NCBI GenBank assembly: GCA_041242255.1
Contig: JBESAV010000001.1
Span: 160,001-224,000, forward strand
Direction: 5' to 3'
Length of the DNA stretch: 64,000 nt
Origin: Candidatus Altimarinota bacterium
GTDB lineage: Bacteria > Patescibacteriota > Gracilibacteria > UBA1369 > GCA-2718715
The notes below the pieces were generated by a model. It worked only from the letters and a program-made list of their open reading frames with translations. It did no database searches and was not told the origin of the DNA. The position numbers were made by a program, and so were the translations under genes. Numbering within the stretch: the stretch's first letter is position 1; every line of letters begins with the position of its first letter. This document shows, in pieces, positions 49,801 to 58,919 of this stretch.

Positions 49801-50075
49801 TACAAGTTATAGAGCTAAAAATACACGCCAAAAACGCCAATCTCCAAAACATCAAGTCTCAAGATTTCAGAGGATCATCTAAAGGAAAACAAATCATCCT
49901 TACGTTATCCAAACAAGTAAAACCTACCAATATTATCTCCCTTCTCAACCACAACGATAAATGGGAAATAACCGGTACAAAACTTAAAATAAACCTAGAA
50001 TACCTAGGCGCTCACTGGTTCCAAGAACTAATCAATTCCGTTGAAGCTTTAGGTCAAAAAGTAGAGCCAAAATAA
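46839..50075 (+). CDS. mfd: Transcription-repair coupling factor
   Basis: VHTDHGIG (RID), GDVGFGKT, DEEQRFG, TATPIPR, QLRGRVGR, TRG motif, TRCF domain. Confidence 0.97.
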   Translation: MLIRLLLQVFPKSIISKVTDLFNDHNSVILSGTGNKTSKSILTLKTWQEVAPNSTLLWCVNSIQELDELKKELSIWTKEEIEKYRILDNTIDDKKTHRLNIGNTLNLIANLQENKKQIILTTYEDLLFNTPTKSDLEDQTWHIKVEQEHSLVSMFERLIDMNFQTATDKFLNPGEYFCRGNLLNIYPHNLDYPIRITVDFDEITQIDILDHDQKTVLASVDSIDLYPIIENKANYHLNQFFTPDNFIVFDELEIIDDDFKSWDNFTKDIPSKLLKIHSFNEDEPNHTHLPYTSILKFQSVPDFIKTIQDKKQLSWKIILATKNEKELKNMLKEHNIIFNTDLEAFTKNETGVLLFTIDEDLPLPTSFQNIEDKIILITDKDIARIGKKEKKSSNSSQVYLDLITSLKSRDLVVHTDHGIGRYQGLIQKTVSGITKEYIELSYAQNDKLFVPIDQADRVSKYIGSEENAPKLTRLGSSEWATVNKKVKKEAQKIAKELLKIFAAREASPGVKFEKDNDLQDKFEETFPYEETPGQIKAIIDVKKDMEAPQPMDRLICGDVGFGKTEVAMRAAFKAVQSGKQVAFISPITILADQHYKSFKKRMDEFHVRIEMLSRFKTKSEAKKIIEKAKKGEVDIIIGTHRLLQKDIEFKNLGLVIIDEEQRFGVKQKETLKEMRAEVDILTLTATPIPRTLNMSLNKLRDITTITTPPPGRLPVITEVRKYSEKLIEEAIRKELDRGGQIYLLHNRVQTIDTLAAKLHERMPDVRFVVAHGQLSPQELEKRILAFKEGKYDVLISSTIIENGIDLPNANTLIVNKAEKFGLSQLYQLRGRVGRGKAQAYAYFLYHGRRLKLDARKRLKAIVEASELGSGFQIAMKDLEIRGAGEILGASQSGTMQVVGVSHFIRMLNKAVDDLKSGRVDDDNEEAQEVSIELPVNAFIPDSYIPTSKDKISYYQKLSAASDTSYLSEIKEDLEDEFGRLPNEVHNLLQVIELKIHAKNANLQNIKSQDFRGSSKGKQIILTLSKQVKPTNIISLLNHNDKWEITGTKLKINLEYLGAHWFQELINSVEALGQKVEPK

Positions 50076-50084
50076 ATCGCTTAC

Positions 50085-50113
50085 TTGACAAGATACGTTT
50101 TTCATTATAACCT
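50085..50113 (+). promoter_or_regulatory. tmRNA promoter
   Basis: TTGACA-17 bp-TAACCT. Confidence 0.6.
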
Positions 50114-50146
50114 AAAAAGCACAGAAATGACTGCTAATTTACATAT

Positions 50147-50569
50147 GGGGATGAACATGGATTTCGATTTGTGTGACACGAAGTCAATGATCGCTGTGTC
50201 GGGATTGCTCTGTCTCCCGGTAGATCCGTCCAGAGCAAACATAAATGCAAACGATAACGAAGAATCTACTGTAGCTGCTCTTAAAGCTTTATTTGCTCAA
50301 CCAGTTGCTGCTTAATAGATTTTAATCTAAGCAATAGACACCCCAAAGCGGTGTCGAGCACTCATTCTCTAGTCTCGAGAGTTTAAGTGTTATATTAGAG
50401 ACTAAGCTTACTTTGTAAGGAGTGACAAGTAAGTCGAAAACCCTAAACCCTAGGTAGTAGTTTTTTGTTAGGTTTCCCACCTACTACTGAATTACCAAAT
50501 CTAACTATCATAGTAGACGTCATTGGTTTCCACATAAAGACTCGGGTTCAACTCCCGACATCTCCACCA
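50147..50569 (+). ncRNA. ssrA: tmRNA
   Basis: 5' GGGGATG...GGATTTCGA; 3' CTCGGGTTCAACTCCCGACATCTCCACCA (T-arm, acceptor stem with G3-U, CCA). Tag ORF 50247-50315 reads ANDNEESTVAALKALFAQPVAA*. Confidence 0.96.
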
Positions 50570-50695
50570 AAAGTGAATTAGCTTTTTTCCTATATTCAAA
50601 AAACTATCTTGCCAACACGCAATCAAATTTCAGTACTATTATTTGCCCCACTCCCCTCTCAAACATAGAATACATTCATAATTTTAATAAAAAAT

Positions 50696-53404
50696 ATGAA
50701 AATTAAACCTTTTTTATTGCGAAAGGCCTATTTGTCATTCGCTGCATGTTTATTTACAGTGATTCTCAGCCCTGCTGCATTAGCTGCACCAGCTGATCAT
50801 TACGTTATAACAATAGATACAACTCAACCAGGAACTTCAGATACCCAATCATTTACTATTCCTACATATCCTGGAGAAACTTATAACTACAGCGTAGATA
50901 CCAACAACGACACTGACTTTGTAGACTTAGAGGATTTCCAGCTACAAACTGGTGACTTAACTATTGATTTCGGAACTCCAGGAACCTACACAATCCGTAT
51001 CGAAGGAACTTTCCCTGGTATCTATTTCAATAATGGAGGCGATGCCCAAAAGCTAGTCTCAGTAGATCAATGGGGTACAATTGCCTGGGAGAGGTTTGAT
51101 GGAGCATACTACGGAGCTACAAATATGAATATTGCTGCTTCAGACAATCCAATCCTAACTTCAGTAAATAGCTTCCAAAACACTTTCAGAGGTGCAGAAA
51201 ACCTCAATGCAGACCTAAGTGGTTGGACTACAACTAGCATAACCAATCTAAACGCCACTTTCCTTGGGGCATTAATCTTTGATGGAAACATAACAACTTG
51301 GGATGTTTCCAATGTTGAGAATTTTGGATCAACATTCAACAGTGCTGAAGCCTTTGACCAAAACATAGGAGGGTGGGTAACCGACTCAGCCACTTTCATG
51401 GAAGGAACTTTTAATGGAGCAGAATCTTTCAACCAAGACATCGGAAGTTGGAATCTATCTTCAGTAACCGATACAAGTTTCATGTTTAGAGATGCTGTAC
51501 TTTTCAATCAAGACCTCGACATGTGGGATGTCTCTTCAGTTACAAATATGGAACAAATGTTCTACGAAGCTAATGTTTTCGATGGAAACATAACAACCTG
51601 GGACACCTCTTCTGTAATAGATATGAACTATATGTTCTTCAGAGCTTACGATTTTGACCAGCCAATCAACTACGACCCAATAAATGGATATTGGGATACC
51701 TCAAGTCTTCAGATCATGAATAACATGTTCTCAAACGCAACATCTTTTAATCAATTCATCGGAGATTGGGATACTTCTTCCGTTACTAACATGTCTACCG
51801 TATTTAACTCAGCAACTCTTTTCAATCAAGGATTAAGTGATTGGGATACATCCTCCGTTACAAACATGGAGTTTATGTTTGCTAACGCTCCAAATTTTGA
51901 TCAACCAATTGGAGCTTGGGATACAGGCCAAGTTCAAAGCATGAGAGCTATGTTCTCAAATGCAGATGACTTTGATCAAAATCTTAACAATTGGGATACA
52001 TCCTCTGTTACAAACATGTCAGAAATGTTCTCAGGTGCAGATTCTTTTAATGGATCTATTTCAGATTGGGACACTTCACTAGTTACAGACATGAGTTCAA
52101 TGTTTTTTCAAGCTGATGCTTTCAACCAAGAAATAGGAGACTGGAATGTATCTAGTGTAGTAGACATGGATTCAATGTTCGAAGGAGCACAAATCTTCAA
52201 CCAGCCATTAAATCAATGGGATGTATCTTCATTAACCGGTGCAGGTGGTATGTTTTCAGATGCTGTAGCATTTGATCAGCCACTGGGTAATTGGAATACA
52301 ATTTCCCTCGAAAACACCACTAATATGTTCAATGGAGCTACCTCTTTTGATCAAGATTTAGGTAATTGGAATGTAGATAATCTATCTACTGCCTTTAATA
52401 TGTTTTTAGGTGTAGAGCTATCTAGATTAAACTACGATTCACTCCTAGAGGGATGGTCAGAACACGCAGCAACAGGAGTAACTTTCGATGGTGGTAATAG
52501 CACTTACTGTGATGAAGATTCAAGAAACATACTTACTTCAAATAAATCATGGACTATAACTGATGGTGGTCTTGCCGCAAACTGTCCAGTAAGCACCAAT
52601 GGATCTTCAAGCGGTTCAGCTAACAATATTAGTCCATTCTCTTCTACCAATTCAAGTGGATCTTCATCCACTGATACAACTTCTAGTTCAACAGAACCTG
52701 AAGAAACTCTAGATCCAACAGTACTTGCGGTAAATGAAAAGCTTAATAATTTACCACTAGAAAGTTGTTTAGTGGAAGACAATACAAGAGATCCTCAATT
52801 CACTGATGGAGATGAATTACCATCAAATTTAGATATCCTTACAAAATTAAAGGCCTCAGCCGATAATGACACTTACCTACTCCAAGGAAATGGGGATGGA
52901 TCTCTAGCTCTATCTAGAGTCTTAAACAGAGCAGAAGCAGTAAAATTAATTCTAGTTTCACACTGTCTTCCAATTCTAAACGAAGAAAAACTTCCAGATA
53001 CAACTTTTACAGGTCAACCACTTCCAAACTTCTCTGATCTACCAAGAAGCTTTGGTACACCAACCGATAGATGGTTGAGAGATACATTTTATTCTGCTGC
53101 TTATTACGAAATCATTAGAGGAACAGATGATGGTACCGCTGAAGCAGCCAGAGAAGTAAATGCTGCTGAATATTATACTATGCTATCCAGAATGGCAGAC
53201 CTTACTAACTTAGTAGGAATAACTCAATCAGAGGTGCCTAGTGGGCAAGGAACATGGTATGAGGATCACGTTGGAAGACTTATCACCGAGACATTATTGG
53301 ATACCAACGAGTTAATCTCATTCAATTACGATCAAAAAATAGATCGTTTAACAGCACTCCAGCTGATAGCTCGAGCAATCCAAACCAGAAGCATGTTACA
53401 GTAA
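50696..53404 (+). CDS. BspA/DUF285-repeat surface protein with C-terminal SLH-like domains
   Basis: Signal peptide; ~25-aa repeats FNQ-I--WD-SSVT-M--MF; Ser/Thr linker; G-DG...NRAE SLH-like repeats. Confidence 0.9.
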   Translation: MKIKPFLLRKAYLSFAACLFTVILSPAALAAPADHYVITIDTTQPGTSDTQSFTIPTYPGETYNYSVDTNNDTDFVDLEDFQLQTGDLTIDFGTPGTYTIRIEGTFPGIYFNNGGDAQKLVSVDQWGTIAWERFDGAYYGATNMNIAASDNPILTSVNSFQNTFRGAENLNADLSGWTTTSITNLNATFLGALIFDGNITTWDVSNVENFGSTFNSAEAFDQNIGGWVTDSATFMEGTFNGAESFNQDIGSWNLSSVTDTSFMFRDAVLFNQDLDMWDVSSVTNMEQMFYEANVFDGNITTWDTSSVIDMNYMFFRAYDFDQPINYDPINGYWDTSSLQIMNNMFSNATSFNQFIGDWDTSSVTNMSTVFNSATLFNQGLSDWDTSSVTNMEFMFANAPNFDQPIGAWDTGQVQSMRAMFSNADDFDQNLNNWDTSSVTNMSEMFSGADSFNGSISDWDTSLVTDMSSMFFQADAFNQEIGDWNVSSVVDMDSMFEGAQIFNQPLNQWDVSSLTGAGGMFSDAVAFDQPLGNWNTISLENTTNMFNGATSFDQDLGNWNVDNLSTAFNMFLGVELSRLNYDSLLEGWSEHAATGVTFDGGNSTYCDEDSRNILTSNKSWTITDGGLAANCPVSTNGSSSGSANNISPFSSTNSSGSSSTDTTSSSTEPEETLDPTVLAVNEKLNNLPLESCLVEDNTRDPQFTDGDELPSNLDILTKLKASADNDTYLLQGNGDGSLALSRVLNRAEAVKLILVSHCLPILNEEKLPDTTFTGQPLPNFSDLPRSFGTPTDRWLRDTFYSAAYYEIIRGTDDGTAEAAREVNAAEYYTMLSRMADLTNLVGITQSEVPSGQGTWYEDHVGRLITETLLDTNELISFNYDQKIDRLTALQLIARAIQTRSMLQ

Positions 53405-53408
53405 AACT

Positions 53409-53441
53409 AAAGCCCTCTCATAACGAGTAGGGCTTTTTTTT
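53409..53441 (+). terminator. Rho-independent terminator
   Basis: AAAGCCCT...AGGGCTTT followed by a T-tract. Confidence 0.8.
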
Positions 53442-53520
53442 GCAAAACATAATTTTACAAATCATAAAAATATCTTTTATGTTATAGATTCCTATGTAGA
53501 ATAAAGAAAAACCCATCATC

Positions 53521-54408
53521 ATGAGATTAGCAATCATAATACCTACAATCGGTCGCCCTATCTTACATGATGTTTTAAATTCCCTACTCCCCCAGGTTCA
53601 AAAACACCCATCATCTAAGATTTACATCAGCTATGATGGTAAAAAATCTTCCAAAAAATTCAAATCACTAAAACAAAAAATACCCAAGTCTAGTCAGATC
53701 AGGCTTCTTTCAACCGGAAAAAACAGGTCAGGAGCCTCAAACGCAAGAAACGTAGCCTTAAAAAAAGCAATTCCAAGCTCTGACCTTATAGCCTTCTTAG
53801 GTGACGATACAATCTCTCAAAAGGATTGGCTCTCTAAAACTCTAGACTGGCATACTAAGAATCCGGCTGAAAACAAAGCTATACTGGGTAGAGTTCACTG
53901 GGTAGAGTCTCTTCAAAAAGATCGATTACATAAGTGGCTCGACAGTCATATTCAGTTTGATTTCCATAGATTAGATCAAGGTTACAAACCGGATTGGAGG
54001 CATTTTACAACTTCTAACTTATCCCTCAAAACGCGCATGTTAAGACGCAACATCTTCAACAAATGCTTTAAAGGCTGGGGCTTTGAAGATGGTGAATTAG
54101 GTTACAGGCTTTATAAGTATCATAACCTAGATATATCATACGTACCCTCTATAAAAGTCTTCCATGATCACCCTCAAGAATTTCAGAAAGTACTCAAAAA
54201 CCTTAAAAATGCTAGGAAAAATGCCAAAATTTTTGAAAACATACACCCTGAAAAAAAATTACTACCTCATGGGGTGAAGAAACTTCTTTTAACCATCCTT
54301 GCTTTTGGGTTATTCATTGTCCCAAAAACCTTATCTAGTAAGGCATACTGGTGGTCTAGGACTAAGTTGGTTTGGTTAGGTTACACTTTTCCTATCCAAG
54401 TTGACTAA
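53521..54408 (+). CDS. Glycosyltransferase family 2
   Basis: IIIPT, ARN, FLGDD, NLSL, GWGFEDGELGYRL. Confidence 0.9.
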   Translation: MRLAIIIPTIGRPILHDVLNSLLPQVQKHPSSKIYISYDGKKSSKKFKSLKQKIPKSSQIRLLSTGKNRSGASNARNVALKKAIPSSDLIAFLGDDTISQKDWLSKTLDWHTKNPAENKAILGRVHWVESLQKDRLHKWLDSHIQFDFHRLDQGYKPDWRHFTTSNLSLKTRMLRRNIFNKCFKGWGFEDGELGYRLYKYHNLDISYVPSIKVFHDHPQEFQKVLKNLKNARKNAKIFENIHPEKKLLPHGVKKLLLTILAFGLFIVPKTLSSKAYWWSRTKLVWLGYTFPIQVD

Positions 54409-54531
54409 ATAATTATCACAAAGCATATTGAACAATCCACAAAAGCACTTTTGCATGGGTTTTGCACATTTTTTGTGTAAAATATGTTTAAAAGTATCTT
54501 GAAGATCACAAAATTTATCCACCAATCCTCT

Positions 54532-54684
54532 ATGCGTACTTTGGAACTAGTTATACTGCTTCTGCTTATTCTAACGATAATAGCCATTATTGCCTTATCT
54601 CTTTACCTGTACGAAATAAACAAAGTTAAAAAACTAGTTTCTAAACAATTAGTAGCCTCCAACACAATTAAAGAAATCATATAG
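54532..54684 (+). CDS. Small single-pass membrane protein
   Basis: MRTLELVILLLLILTIIAIIALSLYLY; start uncertain (54484 or 54532). Confidence 0.45.
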   Translation: MRTLELVILLLLILTIIAIIALSLYLYEINKVKKLVSKQLVASNTIKEII

Positions 54685-54771
54685 CTAAATCAAACTTTTG
54701 ATTTATTCCTATGTATGAAACCTTTAATAAATAAGCAAAACCTGTAAAATATCATCAAATAATTCATATAT

Positions 54772-57303
54772 ATGAAAAAAGTTAGTTTATTTGTTTTAGT
54801 GTCGCTTTTAACAACTCTATTCCCTACTTCGCTTTTGGCTCAGTCAGCTTCATTTGAAGATGTATTTCAAGAGTCTCTAGATTATGATGCAATTCAATAT
54901 CTACAGTCTGAACAAATTGTAGAAGGTTATGCTGATGGTACATTTAAACCAGATAATCGTATCAATCGTGCTGAGTTCACCAAGATCATTATCGGAAGCC
55001 TATACGAAGAATCAGAAATAAATTCATGTTTATCAAGTTTCAGTTTGGAATTCCCAGATGTAGATATCGAAAGTTGGTACGCACCATACGTATGCCAAGC
55101 AACTAAAGAAGAAATAGTTTCAGGTTATCCAGATGGAACCTTTGGACCAGATAAGAAAATCAACTTCGCTGAATCTAGCAAAATTCTAGCAAACTCATTC
55201 CAGGTAGAAGATCCAGAGTTATCATTGCTACCAGATAATCTGTGGTATGCCGAGTTTGTTGATAAGCTATCTGCAAGTTCAGTTATACCTTCTACAGTCG
55301 ATTCCGCAGACGTAGACCTAACAAGAGGTCAAATGTCTGAGATGGTATATCGGCTTAAAGAAGATATAACTACTAAACCAACCCAGACATTATCAAATCT
55401 GACTAATCAAGTTGGTTCAATCACCTCATGTGATGCTTTGCTTGAAAGATTCCAAGACCGCAATTACTACCCTTATATGCCTGTAGAACCTTTCCCTATG
55501 ATGGAGTTCGAAATGGAAGAGTCCATGTCCGATGATTCTGCAACAGCTAGTATGGATCTAGGAGGTGGAGGAGGAGAGCTTGAATTCTCAAATACAAATA
55601 TTCAAGAGGAAGGTGTAGATGAACCAGATGTTGTAAAAACAAATGGAACTCATATTTATACAATCAATTCCAACTACGAACTACCTTCAGTACAAATCAC
55701 CCAAGCATCAGGACCAGAGTTAGACCTACAGTCTTCAATCTTATTTAATGAAACTAGACCAACAGGTCTGTTCCTAAAAGACGAAAAGCTAGTTGTTCTT
55801 ACTAGCTCAGACTATTGGGGATATTATCCACTTGCAGCCGAATCTGACGAATCAGTAACAGTGCTAGACTCGGAAGCTTCATTGCCTGTAACTCAACCAG
55901 AGGATCAAGCAGACACTGTAGACTTTGATATTATCGATGGTGCTCCTACTTTACTACCTTACAGAGCTAGCTCTCAGACAGGAGTATATATTTTTGATAT
56001 TTCTAATCCACAATCTCCAGATCTAATAAGAGAATTATCAGTAGATGGTAATTATCAAAACGCTCGTATGCTTGAAGATAGGCTAGTCCTCATTTCAAGC
56101 TACACTCCTTACGCATTTCAATTTGATGACATAACTGGTGAAGACCTACTACCTCAAATTTCTTACGATGATCAAGCCTCAGAAGCTATTGCAGAATGTA
56201 CAGATATTAGATATCTATCAAATCATTCTGATATGACTTTCATGATAGTTTCATCTTTAGATACTTCGTCAGATCAAAGCGAAGCAAACTCAGAAGTTCT
56301 GATAGCTTCAAGCAGTGACCTATACGCTTCAAAAAATAATTTGTACCTTACTCAACCAAAGTATAATTACTCTAGATTTACAGATCTATCTGACTCTGAA
56401 AGAGTAACTACAAACATTTTTAAGTTTGGACTCGACTCCCCTTCTCTTTCATTGAAGGGAGTAATGGCAGTTCCAGGTACGCCATTAAATCAATTCTCAA
56501 TGAGCGAGTATCAAGATAACTTTAGAATTGCTACAACAATTAACTCATGGGATGGAAGAAATAGTACTTCTACCAACAACCTTTACGTCTTTGATGAAAG
56601 CCTAAACAGAGTAGGTGTTCTAGAAGGATTAGCGGAAGGAGAAAGAGTTTACTCTACTAGGTTCATTGGTAACCGAGCCTACATGGTTACTTTCAGACAA
56701 GTTGACCCCCTATTCGTAATAGACATTTCTAACCCAAACAATCCTACAGTTTTAGGTGAGTTAAAAATTCCAGGATTCTCAGACTACCTACATCCGTACG
56801 ATCAAGATCATATTCTAGGTTTTGGAAAAGAAGCCACTCTAGATGGGCAAGCTCAAGGACTAAAAGTATCTCTATTCAACGTTAAAGACCCAACTAACCC
56901 AGAAGAGCTACATACTTTCAAGATAGGAGACAGAGGGACTTATTCAGAGTTATTATACAATCACAAAGCCCTACTATTCTCAAAAGAGAAAAACACTATG
57001 GCTTTCCCAATAACTATCTACAAAAACAACACACCAAGTCTTGATTCATGGGGTGATCTAAGTTTCGTTGGTGCCGTAAATTTAGGCCTCAATTTAGAAG
57101 ACGGATTCTCATTAAAAGGGCAGTTCACACATCTAGATGAAGAAATCAATCCAGAGTCGCCATGGAACTACGATTCAAATCAGACAATTCAAAGATTGAT
57201 CTACATTGGTGACAATCTTTACACTATTTCAAACGACAAGATCCAATCTCATCCATTAGACTCAGATGAAACTTTAAATAGCATTCAACTCATAAATCAA
57301 TAA
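54772..57303 (+). CDS. SLH-domain protein with secreted beta-propeller domain
   Basis: GYADGTFKPD...NRAEF SLH repeats; SNTNIQEEGVDEPDVVKTNG, LNQFSMSEY, VTFRQVDPLFVID, GELKIPGFSDYLHP. Confidence 0.92.
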   Translation: MKKVSLFVLVSLLTTLFPTSLLAQSASFEDVFQESLDYDAIQYLQSEQIVEGYADGTFKPDNRINRAEFTKIIIGSLYEESEINSCLSSFSLEFPDVDIESWYAPYVCQATKEEIVSGYPDGTFGPDKKINFAESSKILANSFQVEDPELSLLPDNLWYAEFVDKLSASSVIPSTVDSADVDLTRGQMSEMVYRLKEDITTKPTQTLSNLTNQVGSITSCDALLERFQDRNYYPYMPVEPFPMMEFEMEESMSDDSATASMDLGGGGGELEFSNTNIQEEGVDEPDVVKTNGTHIYTINSNYELPSVQITQASGPELDLQSSILFNETRPTGLFLKDEKLVVLTSSDYWGYYPLAAESDESVTVLDSEASLPVTQPEDQADTVDFDIIDGAPTLLPYRASSQTGVYIFDISNPQSPDLIRELSVDGNYQNARMLEDRLVLISSYTPYAFQFDDITGEDLLPQISYDDQASEAIAECTDIRYLSNHSDMTFMIVSSLDTSSDQSEANSEVLIASSSDLYASKNNLYLTQPKYNYSRFTDLSDSERVTTNIFKFGLDSPSLSLKGVMAVPGTPLNQFSMSEYQDNFRIATTINSWDGRNSTSTNNLYVFDESLNRVGVLEGLAEGERVYSTRFIGNRAYMVTFRQVDPLFVIDISNPNNPTVLGELKIPGFSDYLHPYDQDHILGFGKEATLDGQAQGLKVSLFNVKDPTNPEELHTFKIGDRGTYSELLYNHKALLFSKEKNTMAFPITIYKNNTPSLDSWGDLSFVGAVNLGLNLEDGFSLKGQFTHLDEEINPESPWNYDSNQTIQRLIYIGDNLYTISNDKIQSHPLDSDETLNSIQLINQ

Positions 57304-58073
57304 TGAAATTAATTCTCTCCCCTTCCAAGACTCAAGACTTTGAATCTTTCCTGCTCCCAGATGGTCTTGAGCCTACACAACCAAATTTCAAAAAAGAGAT
57401 CAAAACATTAGTAAGCAAACTCAAACAACTCACTCCTGGTCAACTCTCCAAACTAATGTCCCTCAGTGATAATCTAACAGAATTAAACTTCTCAAGGTTC
57501 CAAGAATTCCAACCAACTAAGTTTAATCAATCCAATGCAAAACCAGCTTTATTAGCATTTCAGGGGGACGTATATAGAGACATTGATTCAGAAAATTATA
57601 CAAAGTCAGACTGGGAATTTGCTGAGCAAACCGTAAGAATTCTATCAGGTCTTTATGGCTTACTACATCCTCTAGACCTCATTCAGCCATACAGATTGGA
57701 GATGAAGACCAAGCTAAAGACTGATCAAGCCAAAGATCTATATGATTTCTGGCAAGACACATTAGCAAATGATCTACTATCTGATATGGATAAAGATGAG
57801 TTCTTGATTAACTTAGCCTCCAACGAATATTCTAAGGCTCTTCTCCCCTTCTTAGACAAAGACAAAGTCATTAATATTGTTTTCAAAGACAAAAAAAATG
57901 ATCAATATAAAGTCATTGCCATTTATGCAAAGCTAGCTAGAGGAACTATGACCAATCTAATTGTAAAAAACAAAATAAAAGACCCAGAAAAGATCAAAGA
58001 CCTCAATGTAGATGGTTACAAGTTCAGCTCTGAAGATTCAACTCAAAACGAGTATGTCTTCCTAAGAGGATAG
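57303..58073 (+). CDS. yaaA: Peroxide stress protein YaaA
   Basis: LSPSK, FQGDVY, LSGLYG...PYRLEM, INLASNEY, AKLARG. Confidence 0.93.
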   Translation: MKLILSPSKTQDFESFLLPDGLEPTQPNFKKEIKTLVSKLKQLTPGQLSKLMSLSDNLTELNFSRFQEFQPTKFNQSNAKPALLAFQGDVYRDIDSENYTKSDWEFAEQTVRILSGLYGLLHPLDLIQPYRLEMKTKLKTDQAKDLYDFWQDTLANDLLSDMDKDEFLINLASNEYSKALLPFLDKDKVINIVFKDKKNDQYKVIAIYAKLARGTMTNLIVKNKIKDPEKIKDLNVDGYKFSSEDSTQNEYVFLRG

Positions 58074-58865
58074 TATTTCTTTTAATTCATCTATCCTCTC
58101 TTCCATCATCTGATACCCTAATTTTATTAGGTTATTCTTTTTGTCTTCCTTAAAGATAAAGTCCAAACTAATCATTCCATCATCATCTATTTCTGGATTT
58201 AGAACTATATCTGATTCATTCAGCGAATAGTCAGCTAGATAGTGTCTCATAATATTTAGCATTCTGTATACAACCTTATCTATCCTTTTAAGGTCATTTT
58301 CGGCAAGGATATTATTTACTCTATAGTCCAAGTTTACAGCCAATACAACTTCAGCACCCATTTCCCTAGCAACCTCATCAGGTACAGGATTACATATACC
58401 ACCATCAGATAAAATCATCCCTTTCATCTTAACTGGAGTAAACGTTCCAGGAATAGACATACTTGCTCTTACACAATCAGACACATCCCCTTCTTTTAGT
58501 GTAACGCTATCACCAGTCCTTAAGTCACAAGCTACAGCTGCAAACTTAGTTTTCATATCTTCAAATTTTTCTACACCAATTACCTCATCAAGCACTTTCT
58601 TCATTGATTCACCTTTTATAAGTCCTCCAAGCAAAAAAGCCGGATCCAAAAGAGCCTTAGCTGCCAAAATCTTATCATTTTCAAGTCTCTTTAAGATTTC
58701 ATTTATATCTTCTGTTGCAGCCCACAGAGCTCCCACAAAAGAACCAATACTAGCCCCAACTACTATATCTGGCTTTATGCCATGATCGTTTAGGCATTGT
58801 AGTACCCCAATATGATACATTCCCCTACCTCCTCCACTTCCTAGAGCTATGCCAAATTTCTTCAT
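58062..58865 (-). CDS. Patatin-like phospholipase (RssA-like)
   Basis: GSGGGRG, GASIG, DGG motifs. Confidence 0.93.
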   Translation of the reverse strand: MKKFGIALGSGGGRGMYHIGVLQCLNDHGIKPDIVVGASIGSFVGALWAATEDINEILKRLENDKILAAKALLDPAFLLGGLIKGESMKKVLDEVIGVEKFEDMKTKFAAVACDLRTGDSVTLKEGDVSDCVRASMSIPGTFTPVKMKGMILSDGGICNPVPDEVAREMGAEVVLAVNLDYRVNNILAENDLKRIDKVVYRMLNIMRHYLADYSLNESDIVLNPEIDDDGMISLDFIFKEDKKNNLIKLGYQMMEERIDELKEILSS

Positions 58866-58919
58866 TTATCAGCCTATTATTAATGTTATAATTTTAACAC
58901 AAATTGTTAATTTCATCTA

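Noticed and set aside
50085-50315. 76-aa ORF ending in ...AQPVAA
   Set aside because: Its start is the -35 box of the tmRNA promoter and its end is the tmRNA tag frame; not an independent gene.
51200-52420. ~75-bp periodic repeats as a CRISPR array or DGR template/variable pair
   Set aside because: In-frame DUF285 protein repeats with synonymous variation; no cas gene or reverse transcriptase in the window.
58894-58910. TTAACA-N5-TGTTAA palindrome between patatin and photolyase genes
   Set aside because: Short and AT-rich, likely by chance, and unrelated to the umuD palindrome.
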